A stretch of 12,971 nt of DNA from a virus. Taxonomy: Duplodnaviria > Heunggongvirae > Uroviricota > Caudoviricetes. Both the position numbers and the translations under genes were made by a program. A model generated the notes under the pieces. That model saw only the letters and a program-made list of their open reading frames with translations, was not told the DNA's origin and searched no databases. The first letter of the stretch is position 1, and each line of letters opens with the position of its first letter. This document shows positions 8,141 through 12,971 of this stretch, piece by piece. Where the stretch lies: positions 1-12,971 of the IMG/VR virus record IMGVR_UViG_2547132278_000011; one strand, written 5' to 3'.

Positions 8141-8833
8141 TTAGACCATCCCTTTCTGGTGTTTTCTTACCTGCGACCAGGCAATGAATCCTGCCACAAC
8201 AATAGTGGCAATACCGAAGATGATGCGTACTGTATCCCCGCTAGAGATATGACCTTGTGCTTTATCCATAGCAGCGGAAACCTGCGGCATAACATCGGCC
8301 AGCTGCGCCAGACCAATACCTGCTGTAACAGTTGCGCCTGCGGTTTCTTTAGTTACAGGAACAGCCTTCACGGTTTTCACCGGCTTAACAACGCCAGCTC
8401 GACGCAGACCTTCCTCAATAACTTCTGCCGCATACCAGGTGTTCAGCGTTTTTAGCGGGCCTCGGCCATTCTCGTGGCGAATGATTGCCTCAACCAAAGG
8501 TCGAAGGATGTCGTAATCATGCAGATCGATGATCATGTCTGCGGTTACACCAACGGCTTTAGACACCTCATTAATGTAGGCGTCAGTATTGTTTTCATTC
8601 GGCGGTGCCCAACGTTCAATAACTTCACGAATGGTATCGATACTTGAGCCGTCTTTTGCGCGACGTTTGTCGTGGTAGGTAATTAGAGTCACCGCCAGCG
8701 CACGAATCCCCCAAACAGGGTCTTTAAACGTGCAAAAGCGCGGTTCGTCTGGATTCGCAACCAGACCTTGCCACGGTGATCCTTTATCAAGATTACCGGG
8801 GTTATTATTACGAATGCCTCTCGGAGTCTTCAT
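8141..8833 (-). CDS. Putative lysis-module protein (possible peptidoglycan hydrolase-like) with a soluble ~200-aa domain and a single C-terminal transmembrane helix; function unconfirmed
   Basis: 230 aa from the ATG at 8831-8833 (AGGAGA 7 nt upstream; the ORF-track start at 8860 is GTG). Begins MKTPRGIRNNNPGNL. C-terminal hydrophobic helix IIFGIATIVVAGFIAWSQV. Sits immediately upstream of the spanin-like pair. I could not assign the catalytic family from sequence alone. Confidence 0.5.
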   Translation of the reverse strand: MKTPRGIRNNNPGNLDKGSPWQGLVANPDEPRFCTFKDPVWGIRALAVTLITYHDKRRAKDGSSIDTIREVIERWAPPNENNTDAYINEVSKAVGVTADMIIDLHDYDILRPLVEAIIRHENGRGPLKTLNTWYAAEVIEEGLRRAGVVKPVKTVKAVPVTKETAGATVTAGIGLAQLADVMPQVSAAMDKAQGHISSGDTVRIIFGIATIVVAGFIAWSQVRKHQKGMV

Positions 8834-8846
8834 CCTTGATCTCCTG

Positions 8847-9170
8847 TTATTGCAGTCCACTTTTTACGCCATACGCGGCTAACCCCAAAAGCAGTGCGGT
8901 AATAATGAACGACGTTATTTTAGAAACAATGCCGCCAAAGAACCCACTTGAGATGGAATCTAACCGGTTAAGGAGTTTGTCCAGATTGGAGTGTTGAATA
9001 CTATGTTGCGCCGGGGTCATATCACCAAAGTAGGTTTTCAGCTGATCATTGACCTCCTGGCCAATTTCTTCACGTAGCTCTTTACCTAATTTGCCAACAA
9101 CCTCCCGAGCAACGATCGCGGCAATACGCTCAACTTGCTCTGTTGTAACGCCCGCCATCTCGTTCGACAT
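8847..9170 (-). CDS. Small tail-anchored membrane protein (possible holin/antiholin-like), function unknown
   Basis: 107 aa from the ATG at 9168-9170 (GGAGG 6 nt upstream; the ORF-track start at 9182 lacks an SD). Soluble charged N-terminal ~85 aa, then a single C-terminal TM helix ITSFIITALLLGLAAYGV. Its stop is 13 nt before the next gene's start. Confidence 0.45.
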   Translation of the reverse strand: MSNEMAGVTTEQVERIAAIVAREVVGKLGKELREEIGQEVNDQLKTYFGDMTPAQHSIQHSNLDKLLNRLDSISSGFFGGIVSKITSFIITALLLGLAAYGVKSGLQ

Positions 9171-9251
9171 GTTTTCCTCCATGAAAAGTCAAATCGGGAT
9201 GGCGGATTTATATCACATTTCACCCTTTTGTTGTAGGTGTGTACTTACCTA

Positions 9252-9485
9252 TCATTCAGCATTGCAACCGATTGATGAGAAAGCACCTACTCCAACCCAT
9301 CGCCAGTTATAGATGCTACCCGCTTTGTATAAGGTATAGTCGTTCACTTTTTTAACAGCATATATGGGTATGACTGTCTCCTGTCCACCAATGATAGCTT
9401 CACCATAACATATAGGTGTCGGCAATTTCTGGCAGCCAGTAAGAGAGAGAACAACAGCTATTGTTAGAAATAATCTTTTCATCAT
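9252..9485 (-). CDS. Small secreted lipoprotein (77-aa precursor); candidate Cor/Llp-like superinfection-exclusion factor
   Basis: MMKRLFLTIAVVLSLTGC has a canonical lipoprotein signal peptide with lipobox LTGC. Small size, and position directly downstream of the tail-fibre/adhesin genes. Starts 7 nt after the stop of the upstream gene. Confidence 0.55.
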   Translation of the reverse strand: MMKRLFLTIAVVLSLTGCQKLPTPICYGEAIIGGQETVIPIYAVKKVNDYTLYKAGSIYNWRWVGVGAFSSIGCNAE

Positions 9486-9492
9486 TTACTCA

Positions 9493-10101
9493 TCAGTTAT
9501 ACAGATTTCTATTTATTACCGGTACTCTGCCATTTACGCTAAAACTATGGCCGCCATTAAGTTGGTTTACGAATATCGAGCTAACAGTATTTCCATATGC
9601 CGCATATCCATAAACCATTGTCATGGCTCCGCCCGGTACTGGAACAGCGAACACATTCGCATATGTTGGGATTATCGCTGGAGGGTAATCAAAAACATGC
9701 CCTCCAGAGCTGTTCCACTCCGTATTATTAAGAAAGGTAAATGAAAGTGGGATATTTGCCGTATTATAGATTTCCTCCCCTTGTGCATTGAAAAAACTCA
9801 TGCCCCAAGTTTCTTTTTTGGCTATACCTTTCGAAAATACGTATATCGTGGCACTAGAGTCGCTACCCTGACCTCCGAAACTGTAAATCACCTGGTTGTT
9901 ACGCACTATTCTGTTGGCTATTAATGAAACAGCTTTCGAATAGGCAACAAAAATAATCGGTGAACGATCTGGAGATATTTTGGTGTTAAACTCTGTCCCG
10001 CCGGACAAAGAAACAACCTGCTTTCTCTGAAAAACGATAGGAGACAAAGAAGGAGACATCCAGACCTTCCCGTCAGATCGATATATCTTGCTTCCGTACA
10101 T
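9493..10101 (-). CDS. Gly/Ser/Thr/Asn/Tyr-rich beta-type protein (202 aa), likely tail-fibre-associated (distal adhesin or accessory); function unknown
   Basis: Composition typical of fibre or receptor-binding domains (GGHSFSVNG, VYGYAAYGN). Its ATG overlaps the stop of the upstream 84-aa ORF by one base (TAATG at 10099-10103). Confidence 0.5.
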   Translation of the reverse strand: MYGSKIYRSDGKVWMSPSLSPIVFQRKQVVSLSGGTEFNTKISPDRSPIIFVAYSKAVSLIANRIVRNNQVIYSFGGQGSDSSATIYVFSKGIAKKETWGMSFFNAQGEEIYNTANIPLSFTFLNNTEWNSSGGHVFDYPPAIIPTYANVFAVPVPGGAMTMVYGYAAYGNTVSSIFVNQLNGGHSFSVNGRVPVINRNLYN

Positions 10102-10355
10102 TATTTTTGAAAAACCAATATGTTTAAATTACCACTAGCTCCAGACCACGAAATGGTATTTCCAGAAACCGTAAGACTTGTGTACTTTCCATTGGTTACG
10201 TCCATTATGTAATAGTCGATTCCCAATCCCGCCTCAACCTCATATGTTCTACTTCCTGAACCAGAGGGAGTAAAATAATCGAGGTAATAAACAGGGGCCA
10301 ACGCATTGACCATCTCCTGTCTTGATGGCGACCAAACCTGTGCACCATAGCTCAT
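10101..10355 (-). CDS. Small beta-rich protein (84 aa) coupled to the downstream 202-aa gene; possibly the N-terminal piece of a split or frameshifted fibre-associated gene
   Basis: ATG at 10353-10355 with AAGGA about 8 nt upstream. Gly/Ser/Thr-rich (TPSGSGSRTYEVEAGLGIDYY...SWSGASGNLNI). Ends in the TAATG overlap with the next ORF. Confidence 0.45.
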   Translation of the reverse strand: MSYGAQVWSPSRQEMVNALAPVYYLDYFTPSGSGSRTYEVEAGLGIDYYIMDVTNGKYTSLTVSGNTISWSGASGNLNILVFQK

Positions 10356-10380
10356 AAATATATCCTTATACTTTTAAGCA

Positions 10381-10403
10381 GGGGCTGGTTTAGCTCCAGC
10401 CCC
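10381..10403 (-). other. GC-rich hairpin (8-bp stem ggggctgg/ccagcccc, 7-nt loop) between the tail-fibre stop and the next gene's ribosome-binding site
   Basis: Read directly from the sequence. It is not followed by a U-tract on the minus strand, so it is more likely an RNA stability or processing element or a partial attenuator than a full terminator. Confidence 0.35.
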
Positions 10404-10415
10404 GATTGAAGTTGT

Positions 10416-12971
10416 TTATTCTTTAGGTGAATTTAACTTCGTTTCAAGCTCCTCAACCCTTTTGGTCAATTGCTGAATATGATGAATGAGTGGTACAACC
10501 AAACGCTCATACATCACTCCTTCAGCGACCATACCATTTGAGGAAATATCTTCTGGAGAATCATTATTTGTTGGTTCACGCCAATGGACATATTGCGGGG
10601 CAATCTCACCAACCTCTTCAGCAATAAGGCCGTAATACCCCCAATCCTTTCGGTCACCTCGACAAATTGAACGATACCAAACAGGTCTTAATGACAAAAG
10701 TTCATCAGCATATCGATCTTGTAATGTTTCAATATCCTTTTTATAGCGCCTTGAAGACGTTGAACGCCAAACTGTATTGATACCTGGGTTTGGATCAATG
10801 TACATATTGGCACCGCTAGTAGTTGTGCCAATATCCCATATAGCAAACCCTCCACTACCGCCTGATTTGACAACCAGTGTTTCAGCAACAATATCCAGGT
10901 TGCCACTATAGCCTGTCAGTGATGATCTGCTTGCATAGGAACTTAGAAGGTTTGCTACCTCTGTTTTCGTGTAAGCATTAAGGTTAGCCGCAGTCAAAGT
11001 TATATCGGCAGAGCCATCAAACGCCACACCAGCAATTTTCCTTGCTGTCTGCAATTTTGTGGCGGTTGCGGCATTACCAGTAGTGTTCTGATTACCAGTT
11101 GTATTCACACCAGGGATTGAATCCTTAGCGGTATATACCTGCGCCCACGCTGACCATGCCGCACCTGTGTAATCTCTTCGGGAGCGAATGAAAACCGGCG
11201 CATGTGCACCGCTCGTACCACTCCAGCCAATAAGCAACTCGCCCTCACCAGCAGCACTCGCACCTTTCATGTGCAATACGTTGCCATACGTGGTCGGGTA
11301 GCTATTGTTGTACGCCTCATACATTTGAATGCCAGCAGTGCCTTGAGTAGAGCCGCTTAACGCCGTAACTCGGCCACGAGATACCAATGTATTAATGTTG
11401 ATATCGCCTGAGCCATCAAACTTAACACCATTGATGTTTCTCGCTGTTTGCAACTTCGTAGCTGTTGAAGCATTACCGTTCAAACTACCATTTACGCCAC
11501 CAGTAACATTTAGTCCATTACCAATGGACACAGCACCGCTGGTATTGTTAATTGTAATCGGTCGCAAACCGTTCCATGAACCTAATGTGTCTCCTGATGC
11601 TGTTAGCAGGAAATATGTGTTCGCCCCATCATTACGGATAAAGAACCCAAAGTTACCGTAAGCAATGCGGAAACCATTTGCATATTTTGAAACGATCTCA
11701 CCAGAAGACGTTAACCCTCCAGATAATGTGCCACCTGAAAGCGGTAATGCTCCTACATCAGAAGCTGTTGGTTTGTTTCTGGTGTTATAAGAACGACGCC
11801 AGCCTGGCGCATAATCACTTCCATTGTACACATAAATAAATTCCGCATTATTAACACCACCATGACCCGATGTTGTTGTCGTTGTAACACGAATAGTGTA
11901 ATGGCTTGTTGCCTTATTACTAAACACCTCAATCACGGAACCAGATAGATCGATCCTACCGCAACCAGTGTCGTCTATATAATTATTGTTGGCGTAAGCC
12001 CATGAGCACCGTGCAATCCAATATTTGTTTGAAAATGCACCCTGATTATTTAGCCACGTTATAAACTGAGCAGTCGTAAATGCTGTTCCGTTACCACTAT
12101 TTAACCATCCGGCGGCAGCGGTTGGTGCGTTTATATCAGCCGGCTGAGGCATAAATCCAGTCGTGTAAACCTGCTCCCAACCACTTTCAAAACCATAGCC
12201 ATCTCTTGAGGAACGGTAGAACAGACCACCATTTTTATAGTGAGCTTTAATTTGAAGCGTACGGCAACTACCTACACCGGTATAAAAGTTGGCAAGAATA
12301 TAACTAGCGCCTGCTCTAGTTACATTGTAAGCACCAGATTCAGCATTCCACGGCACGCCACCATCAGCATCCGCATATGACCCTGTTGCCCTTCTTGCGA
12401 AAGCGGCAACATGCGCAGCGGTTAAAGTGATATCAGTAGAACCATCAAATGGAACACCGGATATTTTTCTTGCAGTCTGAAGTTTTGTAGCAGTTGCAGC
12501 ATTACCAGTGGTGTTCTGATTACCCGTAGTGTTTACACCTGGAAGGTTAATATTTGCAGAACCGTCGAAAACAACTCCACCGATAGATCTTGCCGTCTGC
12601 AATTTCGTGGCTGTACTTGCATTACCATTCAATGAACCAGTTAATCCACCTGTAACAGACAACGGACCTGAAACTGTTCCTCCGGTTGTTGGCAGTGCTC
12701 CAATATCTAACGGCGTCGGTTTCTGATGTGTGCTATACATCGTATAAACAACACCATCGGTAACGCTGGAAGGCTTACTCGCTGAATATGTTGGCGAGGT
12801 ATAAATAGAAACTGTCGCATTTGCAGTACAATCCCAATGGATATTTACACGAGTCGCATAATTGCCAATCTCAACGTAAATATCATATGTATCGCCGGAT
12901 GTGTTGATCCAGGCGAAATTCGTTAATCCGACAGCTGTACGCTTCCACAAAGCACCTGTAATCCCTTTGGG
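10416..12971 (-). CDS. Phage tail fibre protein, 5'-partial (N-terminus beyond the window), with repeated tail-fibre motifs and a C-terminal peptidase S74-type intramolecular chaperone domain
   Basis: The frame is open from the window edge; the ORF-track start at 12950 is a TTG artefact. Four copies of the N-A/T-S/A-TATKLQTAR motif, each followed by ...FDGS...; two copies of a larger module PGVNTTGNQNTTGNAATATKLQTARKI-GV-FDGS-DITLTAA. C-terminal SSRRYKKDIETL ... GLIAEEVGEIAP ... VEELETKL matches the conserved Ser/Lys auto-cleavage region of S74 chaperone domains as I recall it. Confidence 0.9.
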   Translation of the reverse strand, partial: PKGITGALWKRTAVGLTNFAWINTSGDTYDIYVEIGNYATRVNIHWDCTANATVSIYTSPTYSASKPSSVTDGVVYTMYSTHQKPTPLDIGALPTTGGTVSGPLSVTGGLTGSLNGNASTATKLQTARSIGGVVFDGSANINLPGVNTTGNQNTTGNAATATKLQTARKISGVPFDGSTDITLTAAHVAAFARRATGSYADADGGVPWNAESGAYNVTRAGASYILANFYTGVGSCRTLQIKAHYKNGGLFYRSSRDGYGFESGWEQVYTTGFMPQPADINAPTAAAGWLNSGNGTAFTTAQFITWLNNQGAFSNKYWIARCSWAYANNNYIDDTGCGRIDLSGSVIEVFSNKATSHYTIRVTTTTTSGHGGVNNAEFIYVYNGSDYAPGWRRSYNTRNKPTASDVGALPLSGGTLSGGLTSSGEIVSKYANGFRIAYGNFGFFIRNDGANTYFLLTASGDTLGSWNGLRPITINNTSGAVSIGNGLNVTGGVNGSLNGNASTATKLQTARNINGVKFDGSGDININTLVSRGRVTALSGSTQGTAGIQMYEAYNNSYPTTYGNVLHMKGASAAGEGELLIGWSGTSGAHAPVFIRSRRDYTGAAWSAWAQVYTAKDSIPGVNTTGNQNTTGNAATATKLQTARKIAGVAFDGSADITLTAANLNAYTKTEVANLLSSYASRSSLTGYSGNLDIVAETLVVKSGGSGGFAIWDIGTTTSGANMYIDPNPGINTVWRSTSSRRYKKDIETLQDRYADELLSLRPVWYRSICRGDRKDWGYYGLIAEEVGEIAPQYVHWREPTNNDSPEDISSNGMVAEGVMYERLVVPLIHHIQQLTKRVEELETKLNSPKE

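Noticed and set aside
10990-12640. Repeated DNA segments inside the tail-fibre gene considered as a possible CRISPR array or repeat element
   Set aside because: The repeats are in-frame coding repeats (ATKLQTAR modules) of unequal spacing and imperfect identity, with no short uniform direct repeats separated by unique spacers.
12948-12950. Apparent start codon of the tail-fibre ORF at 12950
   Set aside because: The codon is TTG and the frame stays open for the seven upstream codons to the window edge (PKGITGA...), so the gene is 5'-partial rather than starting here.

Overview
All supported genes lie on the minus strand, and the window reads as a mosaic phage-plasmid segment; the most likely novel element is an AT-rich single-gene island at 3445-5139. 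Reading from high to low coordinates: a 5'-partial phage tail fibre with repeated ATKLQTAR motifs and a C-terminal self-cleaving chaperone domain (10416-12971); two tightly coupled small Gly/Ser/Thr-rich proteins; a 77-aa lipoprotein; a putative lysis cluster ending in an overlapped spanin-like pair (7740-9170); an insulated two-gene operon of unknown function (6395-7515); a ParA/ribbon-helix-helix-like partition pair (5191-6218); the AT-rich island encoding a soluble KAP-like P-loop NTPase; a replication module with a DnaB-family helicase and a zinc-ribbon primase-like gene (332-3266); and the left end of an IS21-family (IS100-like) element (1-351) that appears to cut off the 3' end of the primase gene. 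The partition genes together with phage structural, lysis and replication genes suggest an SSU5/pHCM2/pMT1-like phage-plasmid, but that is inference from gene content. No rRNA, tRNA or CRISPR array was found. All functional calls come from motifs read by eye; no database search was run.
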